A DNA stretch of 64,000 bases from Ignavibacteriales bacterium. Its GTDB lineage: Bacteria > Bacteroidota > Ignavibacteria > UBA10030. The stretch spans positions 534,737-598,736 of the forward strand of contig JAPLFR010000016.1 in assembly GCA_026390575.1 (NCBI GenBank), read 5' to 3'. Below, piece by piece: positions 38,490 through 49,300 of the stretch. The notes beneath the pieces are model-generated. The model worked only from the letters and a program-made list of their open reading frames with translations, did no database searches and was not told the DNA's origin. Positions within the stretch are counted from its first letter, which is position 1. Every line of letters begins with the position of its first letter. The position numbers and the translations under genes were made by a program.

Positions 38490-39218
38490 TTACAAACCTA
38501 GGAATTGGATCGCAATTCCGCAAAAGAATATTGAAATTCCCGCGAGCGCATGAGTGTAGCGCTCAAAATGCCCCATAGGAAGCAAGCGTAAACCGGCAAT
38601 GGAACTGAGAACAATACCAACCATTGTGCCAATGGTAATCAAACCGAAGACAAGACTTACGATAACAACATTAAGAATATGACCGTGAGCAGCCGGGTAC
38701 ATAAGTATTGGAATTAATGGCTCACACGGGCCAAGAACAAAAATGATGAACAGCACCCAGGGCGTCATACTCGGACTGTCAGGCTGTTCATGCACGTGTG
38801 CGTGTTCTTCTGCATGGACATGTGTATGGCTGTGTGTATTGCCATCACTGTGAGGATGCCAGTGAGTATGCGGTTTATTCAGATATGCTCTGCGAAGTCC
38901 CCAAATTCCGTAGATCAATCCGAAAGCGATTAATATCCAACCGGCAATGTTTCCGCGGATCGATTCGATCGACTGCAGATGCGCAACGGCAATTCCAAGT
39001 CCTACCCCCACAAATCCAAGGACAACAGAGCTACCCACATGACCGATGCCGCAGAAGATGGTGACAAGCGTTGTCTTAAACGTGGACCATTTGCCGGCCT
39101 TGGCCATAACAATAAATGGTACGTAATGATCTGGGCCAAGAATCGTATGAACGAGCGCGACGGATACAGCCGTTATTATGAGTATGCTAAGTTCTTGATT
39201 CATTTTACTGTAGGACAA
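38490..39218 (-). CDS. His-rich-loop metal transporter, NicO/RcnA-like (Ni/Co-type)
   Basis: 242 aa with 6 TM. HTILGPDH motif resembling RcnA HGLEPGH. Cytoplasmic loop HTHWHPHSDGNTHSHTHVHAEEHAHVHE. Confidence 0.4.
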   Translation of the reverse strand: MSYSKMNQELSILIITAVSVALVHTILGPDHYVPFIVMAKAGKWSTFKTTLVTIFCGIGHVGSSVVLGFVGVGLGIAVAHLQSIESIRGNIAGWILIAFGLIYGIWGLRRAYLNKPHTHWHPHSDGNTHSHTHVHAEEHAHVHEQPDSPSMTPWVLFIIFVLGPCEPLIPILMYPAAHGHILNVVIVSLVFGLITIGTMVGIVLSSIAGLRLLPMGHFERYTHALAGISIFFCGIAIQFLGL

Positions 39219-39413
39219 TATAATGAAAATACTGGAAAGAAGAATCCATCATTTCCGCGATAATAGTATGCATTTAATCATTTGATACATAAAACCTGCA
39301 ATACATGGAATGATAAACGTTAAACTCCCTATGATGAAACTATGGTTTCATACTATGTTGAATTTATTGTTCATAATCAAAAACATGTGGAGGTCGGGTT
39401 TCAAGAATCTTTT

Positions 39414-39803
39414 CTAGTTCTTATTCCATCTCCACATCAGCCGCGGAGCAATCGTTACCCATACGAGCACGAGAATCCACACTCGTCCTTCAAGTATGTT
39501 ATAATCATGAAGGAGAATACTCCACGGCACTTCCCTTACAAAATGAAAGAAGAGAAACTCGAAGGCGACTGTCATGCTCAACCACATAAAACCGATTCGC
39601 CAAGCCTGGCTTGAAGATGAAAGAGGCCAGCGTTTACTGAGATACCAGATGAAAAACCCAAAAAAGGATATTCCTATTGCTACCGAGATTTGATGTGAGA
39701 GCAAATCACCAAGAAATGGTTTATAGACTAAATCGCGAAGTGCGCCATTGATTATGGCAATAAATAATAATCCAAACCAGCTGAGAATATACTTATGAAT
39801 CAT
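39414..39803 (-). CDS. Membrane protein, unknown function
   Basis: 129 aa with 4 hydrophobic segments. Confidence 0.4.
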   Translation of the reverse strand: MIHKYILSWFGLLFIAIINGALRDLVYKPFLGDLLSHQISVAIGISFFGFFIWYLSKRWPLSSSSQAWRIGFMWLSMTVAFEFLFFHFVREVPWSILLHDYNILEGRVWILVLVWVTIAPRLMWRWNKN

Positions 39804-40084
39804 TGGTTATTTCTTTTCTATAAATATAATACTTTGTTCACGACGAATGGAAACAAAGCTTTTTGTCTTACTGATGTTCTGTCTTATTGTAATTAGAATT
39901 ATTTTTCCATGCAGTACGGTGTCTCTCTTTCTGAATATTATAGAAATTTGAGATAGAGTCAATAAATCAAATTTGTAATGATGTTGTACAGCAAAGCATA
40001 TTGAGAAGCATATACTCTTGCAAACGGAAAAGAGGTGCAGTATCTTATAGGCGATGGATTGCGAACAGAGGATATAACGACAAA

Positions 40085-41152
40085 ATGATATCAAACAAAA
40101 CTATGATACTCGATGCATTGTCACAATTGCTTAGGCAAAAAAGCCTCTCCCGAATTCGCGCTGTGGTTCATGACGTCAAAAAAGATATTGAAATGCTATC
40201 GTATGATGAACATGGGGTTCGAAAGATTACGATCAACGGAAAATCGATCAAGGTTCGATCGGAATATGTATTTGGTGAGCTTGACCAAATTCTTGTTACG
40301 CGAACCATTGAACGAGCCAAATACTATATCCAACGATTAGTCCGCGCACTCTCGGAAACAAAGACCGGGAAGGTGAACGATCTGAATGTACATAGATGGA
40401 AGGAATATGATGATATTCTTACGGATAGTCTTTGGATTCTAGAAAAACGTAACACTTCCGGATCTCATAGCGGAGGTTATTGGGGTAACTTTATTCCGCA
40501 AATTCCCAATCAACTGTTAAGACGTTATACAAAAAAAGGTGAGTGGGTGCTGGATGCATTTCTTGGAAGTGGTACCACGTTAATAGAGAGCAAACGATTA
40601 GGCCGGAATGGTGTCGGAGTAGAACTTCTGCGAAAAGTTGCACATTCGGCTTCAAAAGCAATTGAACAGGAAGACGATCGTTATTCGACCAGAACGGAAA
40701 TAATTGTGGGTGACAGTTCACACTTGGATTTTAAATCCGAACTGCATCGGCGGAAAATTAAAAATGTGCAATTCTTAATGATGCACCCGCCGTACTGGGA
40801 TATTGTCAAATTTAGCAAAGACAAAAGAGATTTGTCAAATGCAAAATCCATAAATGAATTTTTAAATCTTTTCGGAAAAATCGTCGATGCTACGTATCCC
40901 GTGTTAGACAAAGGCCGGTATTTTGCACTTGTTGTTGGTGACAAATATTCCGCCGGTACTTGGATACCGCTCGGTTTCTATACGATGCAAGAGGTGTTAA
41001 AACGGGGATATTCCTTGAAGTCTATTATCATAAAAAATTTCGACGAAACAAAGGGAAAAAGAATGCAGAAAGAACTTTGGCGGTATCGTGCATTGGTCGG
41101 CGGTTTTTACATTTTTAAACACGAGTATATTTTTTTATTTAAGAAGGGATAA
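40085..41152 (+). CDS. SAM-dependent N-methyltransferase (DNA N6/N4- or UPF0020 RNA-methylase-like), motif I upstream of an HPPY motif IV
   Basis: VLDAFLGSGTTLIES (motif I, as in DPFxGSGTT) at ~aa 165-180. MMHPPYWD (motif IV-like) ~70 aa later. VLDKGRYFALVVGD follows. Start moved to the first ATG. The ORF track start is a TTG. Confidence 0.55.
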   Translation: MISNKTMILDALSQLLRQKSLSRIRAVVHDVKKDIEMLSYDEHGVRKITINGKSIKVRSEYVFGELDQILVTRTIERAKYYIQRLVRALSETKTGKVNDLNVHRWKEYDDILTDSLWILEKRNTSGSHSGGYWGNFIPQIPNQLLRRYTKKGEWVLDAFLGSGTTLIESKRLGRNGVGVELLRKVAHSASKAIEQEDDRYSTRTEIIVGDSSHLDFKSELHRRKIKNVQFLMMHPPYWDIVKFSKDKRDLSNAKSINEFLNLFGKIVDATYPVLDKGRYFALVVGDKYSAGTWIPLGFYTMQEVLKRGYSLKSIIIKNFDETKGKRMQKELWRYRALVGGFYIFKHEYIFLFKKG

Positions 41153-41282
41153 CGATCACTGCAATTCCAAGAGAATCTCTTCGTGACAGGCGCAAAATAT
41201 ACACTGTTGAAAATTTCGTCCTTTGCATTAAAAAAAATAGTATAATTCGTTTGACAACTTATTACTACTACAGGAGGGATCA

Positions 41283-41846
41283 ATGTTCTTCTTTATTTTT
41301 CTTGCGATCATAATAATCTTTGTTGCCGTTGCGATTGGCGGCTACAATTCTCTTATCCAAATTCGGAATCAAGTACGGAACGCTTGGAAACAAATAGATG
41401 TACAGCTCAAACGCCGGCATGATTTGATTCCTAATCTCGTCAATGCGGTGAAGGGACAAATGGAATTTGAGAAGGGGACATTAGAAAGTGTCATTCAAGC
41501 CCGTGCCGCAGCTGTTGGTGCAAATACGATTGCCGACAGCATGGCGAAAGAAGATGTGCTGTCATCGGCGCTCTCCAAACTTTTTGCCATTGTTGAAAAT
41601 TATCCTACGTTGAAAGCGAACGAAAGTGTTCAACCGCTGATGGAAGAATTGACGACGACCGAAAACCAAATCACATTTGCCCGCCAATTCTACAACGATA
41701 TCACAACGACCTATAATACAAAATTAGAAATTTTTCCCACAAATTTATTCGCATCGTCGTTTGGTTTCAAACTTTTCCCGCTCTTCCAAGTAAAAGATGC
41801 GGCTGAGCGCGAAGTGCCAACGGTGGACCTCTCGCTGAAAAAATAA
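41283..41846 (+). CDS. LemA family protein
   Basis: 187 aa. N-terminal TM then GYNSLIQIRNQVRNAWKQIDVQLKRRHDLIPNLV, the LemA signature. Confidence 0.8.
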   Translation: MFFFIFLAIIIIFVAVAIGGYNSLIQIRNQVRNAWKQIDVQLKRRHDLIPNLVNAVKGQMEFEKGTLESVIQARAAAVGANTIADSMAKEDVLSSALSKLFAIVENYPTLKANESVQPLMEELTTTENQITFARQFYNDITTTYNTKLEIFPTNLFASSFGFKLFPLFQVKDAAEREVPTVDLSLKK

Positions 41847-41918
41847 TTCTCTGGCGAAACCTTCGCAAGGTTTACCTGTACAATCTATGAGACCATGCGA
41901 AGGTTATCGAGGCGACCA

Positions 41919-42905
41919 ATGTCCGAACCCATTCTAACAAAATCACGCAACATCTACGAGCAGCAGGCGCATAATCGCCGCATGACCTGGTGTATTGTGG
42001 GATGCATCATTGTGCTTTTTGCGGTTATCGGGTTGGGAGTTGATTACTTTTATCTAGGAATATTTAACACTCGTAATGGAATTCCGATTGTGACAATCCT
42101 TACTTTGGTATTGAGTGTTATATTTGCATTATGGAGTCTTCAGAGTGGCGCTTCGGCGGTACTGTTATCAGCTCAAGCAGTTCCGGCAGACCCAACAAAC
42201 GCAGATCAACGCCAGCTTCTCAATGTTGTTCAAGAAATATCTCTTGCTTCCGGATTACCGGCACCAAAGGTATACGTTATTCCCGATGATGATCCAAATG
42301 CATTTGCGACGGGAAGGGATCCGCAGCACAGTTACATTGCCATTACCCACGGACTTCTCACCACTCTTGAGCGCGACGAATTGCAGGGCGTGATCGCGCA
42401 TGAAATGAGTCATATTCGATATTACGACATCCGTTTGATGACGCTCGTCGCAGCATGTGTCGGTGCCATTGTTTTATTGGCAGATATTTCTGTCCGAGGA
42501 ATGCGATTCAGACTTTTTTCAAGCCGTGGTCTACGATCGAAAGGGAAAAATCCTTTAGGAATAATATTTCTTCTTCTCTGGCTTCTTACAGTAATCCTCG
42601 CTCCCATACTTACACAACTCATGGCAATGATGATTTCACGTAAACGCGAATATCTTGCCGATGCTTCCGCTGCCGAGCTCACGCGAAATCCGCTCGCTCT
42701 TGCTAAAGCTCTGCAAAAACTGGAGAATGCATCAGCACCAACTGCTGCTATTAAGCGGGGCATTGCGCATCTGTGTGTCGTAGATCCATTGGGTAAAAAA
42801 GTAAATGAGAAAGAAGGATTTTGGGCTGAACTCTTTGCAACGCATCCTCCAATACAAAAGCGTATTATGCTGTTAAAGTCGATGGCATATCAGTACTCAA
42901 AGTAA
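41919..42905 (+). CDS. M48-family zinc metalloprotease, HtpX-like (copy 1)
   Basis: HEXXH site GVIAHEMSHIRYYD with TM segments before and after. Start set at MSEPILTKS by homology to the paralog N-terminus. The ORF track starts 24 nt earlier. Confidence 0.75.
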   Translation: MSEPILTKSRNIYEQQAHNRRMTWCIVGCIIVLFAVIGLGVDYFYLGIFNTRNGIPIVTILTLVLSVIFALWSLQSGASAVLLSAQAVPADPTNADQRQLLNVVQEISLASGLPAPKVYVIPDDDPNAFATGRDPQHSYIAITHGLLTTLERDELQGVIAHEMSHIRYYDIRLMTLVAACVGAIVLLADISVRGMRFRLFSSRGLRSKGKNPLGIIFLLLWLLTVILAPILTQLMAMMISRKREYLADASAAELTRNPLALAKALQKLENASAPTAAIKRGIAHLCVVDPLGKKVNEKEGFWAELFATHPPIQKRIMLLKSMAYQYSK

Positions 42906-42909
42906 GACC

Positions 42910-44175
42910 ATGTCTGAGCCTATCTTAACTCACGCGCGTAATATTTATGAACAACAAGCGCACAACCGCCGGATGACATGGCTCCTCATTATCATTTTCG
43001 TTCTTCTGATCGCGGTGATCGGAGCGGGATTGGATATATTCTTAACGATCGACACTCCGGTTCGATTCATTATGCTTCCATTTGTTCTTCTGATGGCCGG
43101 CTCTGGCATTTGGAATTTTCAGCAGCGGGCAGCATCAGGATTGTGGGAAGAGTCAAAGAAATTTGCCGATGACGACGGCGAGTTCAAAATAATCGGGTGG
43201 AGTCTATATCTCATAATTTTTACAATGATAGTAATTCTAATATTATTCCTGCTACTGCCGTTTTATGTTATGAATCCTCGTCCAGTTGACCATCTGATCT
43301 CCGGTTTTTTAAAGAATATTTCAGAGATTTCCAAAATCCCTGTTTTGCAATACCTTCCAATTGGAACAACTTTAGCCGTCATTATCGGTATTGTCTCCAT
43401 CCTCACAAGTCTTCGCTGGGGAATGAATTCGGTCCTCTGGTCTGTGCATGCCGAACAACCTGATGAAACCTTTGCGGCTCTGCCGGAGTTATTAAATGTA
43501 GTAAAAGAAATAAGTCTTGCGGCAGGAATTCCTTCTCCCAAAGTGTATATCGTGAAAGATTCAGATCCCAATGCTTTTACCATTGGAACCATCCCGACGG
43601 AGAGCTCGATTGTCGTCACTACTGGATTGATTGCAATGTTGAACCGCGAAGAATTGCAGGGCGTCATCGCACATGAAATGAGCCACATACGTAATTCCGA
43701 TACTCGGTTGCTGACAATCATTACGGTTTTGTTTGGCGCAGTGCTTTTGCTTTCTGAGTGGATGAAGAAGAGTGCTTTTCTCGGAGGATTTGCAGGGAGC
43801 CGCGTGCCCGGTGCCGGATGGATGTTACGCGGTGTCTTGTTTATTGGTTGGCTTCTCACAATTCTCTTTGCTCCTTTGATCGCGCGCATCGTAGCGATGG
43901 CAGTATCACGTCAGCGGGAATATTTGGCAGATGCAGGTGGCGCAGAATTGACGCGCAATCCCAAGGCACTTGCCAATGCTTTAAAGAAAATCGAAAATGC
44001 TGATGCACCTACGATATCTTTTCAAAAAGGTATCGCTCATTTATGTGTCGTTGATCCTTTAGGAAGAAGAATTAATTCGAAAGAAGGATGGTGGGCCGAC
44101 TTATTCGCAACCCACCCGCCGATGAAAAATCGTATTATCCTTTTAAATGCTATGGCCTACGAGATGATGAAGTAA
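42910..44175 (+). CDS. M48-family zinc metalloprotease, HtpX-like (copy 2, tandem paralog)
   Basis: 421 aa. Shared N-terminus MSEPILTHARNIYEQQAHNRRMTW. GVIAHEMSHIRNSD. Extra TM insertion relative to copy 1. Confidence 0.75.
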   Translation: MSEPILTHARNIYEQQAHNRRMTWLLIIIFVLLIAVIGAGLDIFLTIDTPVRFIMLPFVLLMAGSGIWNFQQRAASGLWEESKKFADDDGEFKIIGWSLYLIIFTMIVILILFLLLPFYVMNPRPVDHLISGFLKNISEISKIPVLQYLPIGTTLAVIIGIVSILTSLRWGMNSVLWSVHAEQPDETFAALPELLNVVKEISLAAGIPSPKVYIVKDSDPNAFTIGTIPTESSIVVTTGLIAMLNREELQGVIAHEMSHIRNSDTRLLTIITVLFGAVLLLSEWMKKSAFLGGFAGSRVPGAGWMLRGVLFIGWLLTILFAPLIARIVAMAVSRQREYLADAGGAELTRNPKALANALKKIENADAPTISFQKGIAHLCVVDPLGRRINSKEGWWADLFATHPPMKNRIILLNAMAYEMMK

Positions 44176-44305
44176 CAATAAAACCTATCTTCAAGAAAAC
44201 TGAGTACCTATCCTTTCTCTTAACAATGATTCAGAATTAATCAGTATATTTCGTTCGTCCTGGCGGAAGGAACTTCTCTCCTCCTCATGAAGTCGAAAGC
44301 ATAAG

Positions 44306-45637
44306 ATGGTAATAAGAACCTCTCAAATGAAATTACATGGATTGGCATCGCAGCTCTGCCGATTTGTTATTGACGGACTTGGTTGCATTCTGATTTTAAT
44401 TCTTTATTCATCTATAAGTTATCCTCAAACCAAGCTTCTCATTCCGATGGATTTGAAACAAACCGATCATCTTAAACCGTATGGGATAGCGTTTTGGCTG
44501 CTGGAACATAACGGCGAAGTAGATTGGCTTCTCAATTATAGGGGAGGGTCATTTCTCTGCGACTATAGCGGTGTATTAGCAAACGAATGCCGTGTCCGTG
44601 GAGTTTTTTTTGAACCGCTCGCCGCCAGCGAAGCAGCTTCCCTGTATGCCGAAGTCCAGCGTGAGGACAACAACGAAGACGTTGTGCGATTAGAGAAGGC
44701 GCCGAAGATTGCCGTCTATGCACCGCCCGGATTTAAACCATGGGACGATGCCGTTACGATGGCTCTCGAGTATGCAGAAATTCATTATACGAAAGTGTGG
44801 GATGAAGAGGTTCTTTCCGGTAAGCTTGCAGAGTACGATTGGCTTCACTTGCATCATGAAGATTTTACCGGGCAGTATGGAAAGTTCTATGCTAACTTCC
44901 GAAATGCGTCGTGGTATATTGAACAGCAAATGCTGTACGAGCGCGAAGCAAAGCGGCTTGGATATAAGAAAGTATCCGAAGCAAAGAAAGCAGTTGCACG
45001 TTCTATTAAGGAATTTATCGGCAACGGCGGATTTATGTTTGCTATGTGCTCGGCAACCGACAGTTACGATATCGCACTCGCCGCAGAGAACGTAGATATT
45101 TGCGATGTGATGTTCGATGGCGACCCGGCTGATCGCAATGTTCAAGCGAAACTCGACTTCAGCAAAACATTGGCATTCGAGAATTTTACGCTTGACATGA
45201 ATCCGCTACGCTACGAATATTCAGATATTGACATCCCAACAAGCGACCCCCCGCCCATTCGCGATCCGAATACGGATTATTTTACGCTCTTCGAATTCTC
45301 AGCGAAGTACGACCCCGTGCCAACGATGCTGACACAAGACCACGTCAACATCATCAAAGGATTTATGGGACAGACAACAGCGTTCAAGAAAAGTTTGATT
45401 AAGAAGACAATCACAATTCTTGCAGAGCGCGAAGGAACGGAAGAAGTGAAATATATCCACGGCAACTTCGGACGCGGCACATTTACATGGTACGGTGGAC
45501 ACGATCCGGAAGATTACCAGCATGCCGTCGGCGATCCGCCTACCGATTTGAATCTGCATAAAAACTCACCCGGCTACCGGCTCATATTGAACAACGTTCT
45601 GTTTCCTGCGGCGAAGAAGAAACAGCAGAAAACGTAA
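44306..45637 (+). CDS. Hypothetical protein with possible ThuA-like / class-I glutamine-amidotransferase-like domain
   Basis: 443 aa. N-terminal signal-anchor. KIAVYAPPGF...EYDWLHLHHEDF...GNGGFMFAMCSATDS resembles the ThuA GGGFVGIHSAADT region. Weak call. Confidence 0.3.
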   Translation: MVIRTSQMKLHGLASQLCRFVIDGLGCILILILYSSISYPQTKLLIPMDLKQTDHLKPYGIAFWLLEHNGEVDWLLNYRGGSFLCDYSGVLANECRVRGVFFEPLAASEAASLYAEVQREDNNEDVVRLEKAPKIAVYAPPGFKPWDDAVTMALEYAEIHYTKVWDEEVLSGKLAEYDWLHLHHEDFTGQYGKFYANFRNASWYIEQQMLYEREAKRLGYKKVSEAKKAVARSIKEFIGNGGFMFAMCSATDSYDIALAAENVDICDVMFDGDPADRNVQAKLDFSKTLAFENFTLDMNPLRYEYSDIDIPTSDPPPIRDPNTDYFTLFEFSAKYDPVPTMLTQDHVNIIKGFMGQTTAFKKSLIKKTITILAEREGTEEVKYIHGNFGRGTFTWYGGHDPEDYQHAVGDPPTDLNLHKNSPGYRLILNNVLFPAAKKKQQKT

Positions 45638-45657
45638 GTGGAATAGTTGAAATAAGC

Positions 45658-46269
45658 ATGGCAGACGTAAATAAAATCAGGAGCTTTGAATCTCTTGAAG
45701 ATCGTATGAAACGGGTTGTGCAGGAAGAGGTTGTTATCGTTCCATATAATCCAGATTGGCCAAGGATGTTTGAAGAAGAGAAGAAACATCTTTTCTCCTG
45801 CCTGCCGCATGAAATTATTACGAGAATTGAGCACTTCGGAAGCACGGCAATCCCAGATTTATCGGCAAAACCAATTATTGATATCTTGGTGGAGGTGACT
45901 TCTCTTGAAGAAACCAAGAAGGTTGTTGTGCCTATATTAACTACGCAAGGATATGATTACTTTTGGCGGCCGACGCATGGCGATGACGGTCTGCCATTTT
46001 ATGCATGGTTCATCAAACGAGATGTGCACGGACTTCGCACGCATCATATTCATATGATAGAACGTGGCTTCGAGCACTGGGATAGATTGTTCTTTCGAGA
46101 TTATCTGATTGAACATCCGTGTCTTATAAAAGAATATCAACAGCTGAAAATACAGTTGGCGAAAAGTTTTACACACGATAGAGTCGCGTATACTACTGCG
46201 AAAACAAAATTCATTGTGAAGACTACTCTGTCGGCAAAGGAATATTATAAAATGAAAAATCACTCGTGA
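45658..46269 (+). CDS. GrpB-family (UPF0157) nucleotidyltransferase-fold protein
   Basis: 203 aa. IVPYNPDWPRMFEEEKKHLFSCL...IEHFGSTAIPDLSAKPIIDILVEV matches the GrpB pattern. Confidence 0.65.
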   Translation: MADVNKIRSFESLEDRMKRVVQEEVVIVPYNPDWPRMFEEEKKHLFSCLPHEIITRIEHFGSTAIPDLSAKPIIDILVEVTSLEETKKVVVPILTTQGYDYFWRPTHGDDGLPFYAWFIKRDVHGLRTHHIHMIERGFEHWDRLFFRDYLIEHPCLIKEYQQLKIQLAKSFTHDRVAYTTAKTKFIVKTTLSAKEYYKMKNHS

Positions 46270-46493
46270 CAAGGAAAGTAGGATTGTCAGATCTGGATGC
46301 GATCACTGATATTGAAGATGAAGAAATTCTTACGACCACTGTAAGATATTTGTGTAAATTGATTTTATTTATATTATCGACTAAATTTTCGGAGAGCATG
46401 CATTTAAGAACTTTGTCCTATAGCGCGTGAAACGATAATCCATTCTACCGGTACCGTTCATCAAAAAGAACGAACGAGAAAGAAATTATTTCT

Positions 46494-47048
46494 ATGAAAG
46501 AAAAAATACAATTCATCGCTGAGCGGATAAAGGAATTGAGAGAAATTTCCGGAATTTCCGCGGCTTCACTGGCGCAAGAACTTGGAATTTCACTAGATGT
46601 CATGACCCAATACGAAAGCGGGACGGTTGATATTCCTGTTGGATTCCTTTATAAGGTGGCACATAAATTCGGCATAGAACTGACAGCAATCCTTACCGGA
46701 GAAAACCCCAGACTTCATGTCTATTGCGTCGTGCATAAAGACAAAGGATTGAGTGTGGAAAGAAGAAAGCAGTACAAATATGAAAGTCTCGCATTTAATT
46801 TTATCAATAAAAAAGCAGAACCGTTCATTGTCAAAATTGACCCGGATATAGAACTTACTCCCGCGGAATTTAATTCGCATCCCGGCCAGGAATTCAATTA
46901 TGTTATCGAAGGGACGATGAAGATCGTCATTGATACTCATGAGATTATTCTGAATACAGGCGATTCTATCTATTTTGATTCAACGTATAAACATGCGGTG
47001 AAAGCGATGAATCAAGCACCGGTGAAACTGCTTGCAATCGTTTTATAA
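46494..47048 (+). CDS. XRE-family HTH + cupin domain transcriptional regulator
   Basis: N-terminal HTH ([23 protein letters not shown]). C-terminal cupin beta-barrel. Confidence 0.7.
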   Translation: MKEKIQFIAERIKELREISGISAASLAQELGISLDVMTQYESGTVDIPVGFLYKVAHKFGIELTAILTGENPRLHVYCVVHKDKGLSVERRKQYKYESLAFNFINKKAEPFIVKIDPDIELTPAEFNSHPGQEFNYVIEGTMKIVIDTHEIILNTGDSIYFDSTYKHAVKAMNQAPVKLLAIVL

Positions 47049-47071
47049 ATATTAGAATAAAGAGAATAATA

Positions 47072-48730
47072 ATGCTTAATAACTATCTTTCACAAACAGA
47101 CTTCAGTTCCTATCAAGAATTCATTGATGCATTCGAGATCCGAATACCAGAACACTTTAACTTTGCATTCGATGTGGTCGATGAGATTGCCCTTCACACT
47201 CCCGATAAAATTGCGATGGTGTGGTGTGATGACAAAGGAGGAGAAGCAACATTTACATTTGGACAAATGAAGCGCTTTAGTGATAAAGCAGCAAATTTCT
47301 TCAGATCAACAGGCATCTGCAAAGGGGATCCTGTGATGCTGATCTTGAAACGTCGTTATGAATATTGGTTCTGCACACTTGCGTTAAATAAAATCGGTGC
47401 GATTACTATCCCTGCGACGCATCTTTTGAGCACAAAAGATATTGTCTATAGAAATAATGCTGCAGACATAAAAATGATTGTCTGTGTGCAGGATCCCGAT
47501 GTTGTTAAGCATGTAGAAGAAGCAGAAGCGAAATCACCAACGTTACGGCATAAAGCTTTAATCGGTGCAGCGCGTGACGGGTGGTTGAACTTAACGGAAG
47601 AAATGGAAAAAAGTCCGGAAACGTTTGACCGGCAATCGCTTGAGGAAAAAACGACAATAAACGACACCATGCTTCTGTATTTTACATCCGGCACAACAGG
47701 AATGCCCAAGATGGTGAATCACAATTTTGCATATCCACTCGGACATATATTGACAGCAAAATATTGGCAAAACGTGCAAGAGAACGGCCTTCATTTTACC
47801 GTTGCGGATACCGGATGGGCAAAATCTGCTTGGGGAAAAATATACGGTCAATGGCTTTCGGGATGCGCTGTCATGACATATGATTACGATAAATTCGTCC
47901 CGAAACACCTGATGAAAATTATTGAGAAGTACCACGTAACCTCGTTTTGTGCACCGCCGACTATCTATAGGTTTTTAATAAAAGAAGATTTGAGACATTA
48001 TGATTTGAAACACCTGCACTATTGTGTCGTAGCCGGTGAACCGTTAAATCCCGAGGTGTACAAACAATTCTTGGAAATGACAGGCATTCGGTTAATGGAG
48101 GGATATGGACAAACAGAATGTACGGTTGCAGTAGCAACGTATTCATGGATGGAACCTAAACCCGGTTCCATGGGAAAACCTTCACCAGGGTACGATATCG
48201 ATCTTATCGATCTAGATGGTAAAGTGTGTGAAGTGGGTGAAATCGGACAGATCGTCATTTATACGAAGAAAAGAAAACCCGTTGGGATGTTCGATGGCTA
48301 TTTTCGGGATGAAGAGCTAACAAAAAAAGTATGGCAGAACGGGATCTATTATACGGGCGATACAGCGTGGCGCGATGAAGACGGGTATTTCTGGTTTGTC
48401 GGCAGAGCTGACGATATTATAAAAAGTTCCGGTTACCGAATTGGTCCGTTTGAAGTGGAGAGCGCTCTATTGGAACACCCGGCAGTGTTGGAATGCGCCA
48501 TTACTGCTGTTCCGGATCTCGAGCGAGGTCAAATCGTGAAGGCGACCGTTGTTCTTTCAAAAGACTATCAGCCAAACGATACATTGGCGCACGAGTTGCA
48601 AAATCATGTGAAGAAAGTGACAGCACCGTATAAATATCCCAGGATAGTCGAATTTGTCACGGAACTTCCAAAAACTATCAGCGGCAAAATAAGACGTGTG
48701 CAAATACGCGGTGAGGAAAGCAATGAATAA
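47072..48730 (+). CDS. AMP-dependent acyl-CoA synthetase (medium-chain type)
   Basis: 552 aa. AMP-binding motif [14 protein letters not shown]...[13 protein letters not shown]-terminal [10 protein letters not shown]. Confidence 0.85.
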   Translation: MLNNYLSQTDFSSYQEFIDAFEIRIPEHFNFAFDVVDEIALHTPDKIAMVWCDDKGGEATFTFGQMKRFSDKAANFFRSTGICKGDPVMLILKRRYEYWFCTLALNKIGAITIPATHLLSTKDIVYRNNAADIKMIVCVQDPDVVKHVEEAEAKSPTLRHKALIGAARDGWLNLTEEMEKSPETFDRQSLEEKTTINDTMLLYFTSGTTGMPKMVNHNFAYPLGHILTAKYWQNVQENGLHFTVADTGWAKSAWGKIYGQWLSGCAVMTYDYDKFVPKHLMKIIEKYHVTSFCAPPTIYRFLIKEDLRHYDLKHLHYCVVAGEPLNPEVYKQFLEMTGIRLMEGYGQTECTVAVATYSWMEPKPGSMGKPSPGYDIDLIDLDGKVCEVGEIGQIVIYTKKRKPVGMFDGYFRDEELTKKVWQNGIYYTGDTAWRDEDGYFWFVGRADDIIKSSGYRIGPFEVESALLEHPAVLECAITAVPDLERGQIVKATVVLSKDYQPNDTLAHELQNHVKKVTAPYKYPRIVEFVTELPKTISGKIRRVQIRGEESNE

Positions 48731-48858
48731 ATGTTTTTTTGTTGAGACAATTCAAAATCTGGAAAGTGTACACAACATACTATTCATACAGCTATTTCCA
48801 GGCTATAATTATATTTAAATTCTAAAAATTTTTCTTACCTGTATTTTTCTGGAGTAAA

Positions 48859-49296
48859 ATGATGGCTGAAATGCAAATTACATATCGCGGTGTTGTTCAT
48901 CCATGGCATTGCGATATTATGGGTCACATGAATGTCGTTTGGTACGTCAGTAAGTTTGATGAAGCGTCCTGGCAGTTTGCTTCAATGCTAGGTTTGAATA
49001 ATTCATATTTTACAAAAAAACATATGGGCATTGCCGCCCTTCAGCAGAACATAACGTATACATCTGAGATAGTCGCCGGAAGCACGGTGACCGTGCGCTC
49101 AGGCGTTCTTGAAATGAAAGAAAAAGTTATACGGCTTGTTCATGAAATGCGTAACGATACAACGGGTGAAATTGCCGCAGTGATGGTGATGACCGTCGTT
49201 CATTTTAACACTCGAAAAAGAAAATCTTGTCCGTTTCCAAAAGCAATACTGAAACGCGGAAGAAATCTCCTTGTGTCGTACGATATAAAGCCATAA
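48859..49296 (+). CDS. Hotdog-fold acyl-CoA thioesterase (4HBT/YbgC-like)
   Basis: 145 aa. VVHPWHCDIMGHMNVVWY pattern typical of the 4HBT family. Confidence 0.65.
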   Translation: MMAEMQITYRGVVHPWHCDIMGHMNVVWYVSKFDEASWQFASMLGLNNSYFTKKHMGIAALQQNITYTSEIVAGSTVTVRSGVLEMKEKVIRLVHEMRNDTTGEIAAVMVMTVVHFNTRKRKSCPFPKAILKRGRNLLVSYDIKP

Positions 49297-49300
49297 ACGA

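Noticed and set aside
39807-40094. 95-aa minus-strand ORF (MISFCRYILCSQSIAYKILHLF...)
   Set aside because: Low-complexity, Cys/Ile-rich translation of AT-rich promoter DNA. It overlaps the methyltransferase 5-prime region. Unlikely to be a gene.
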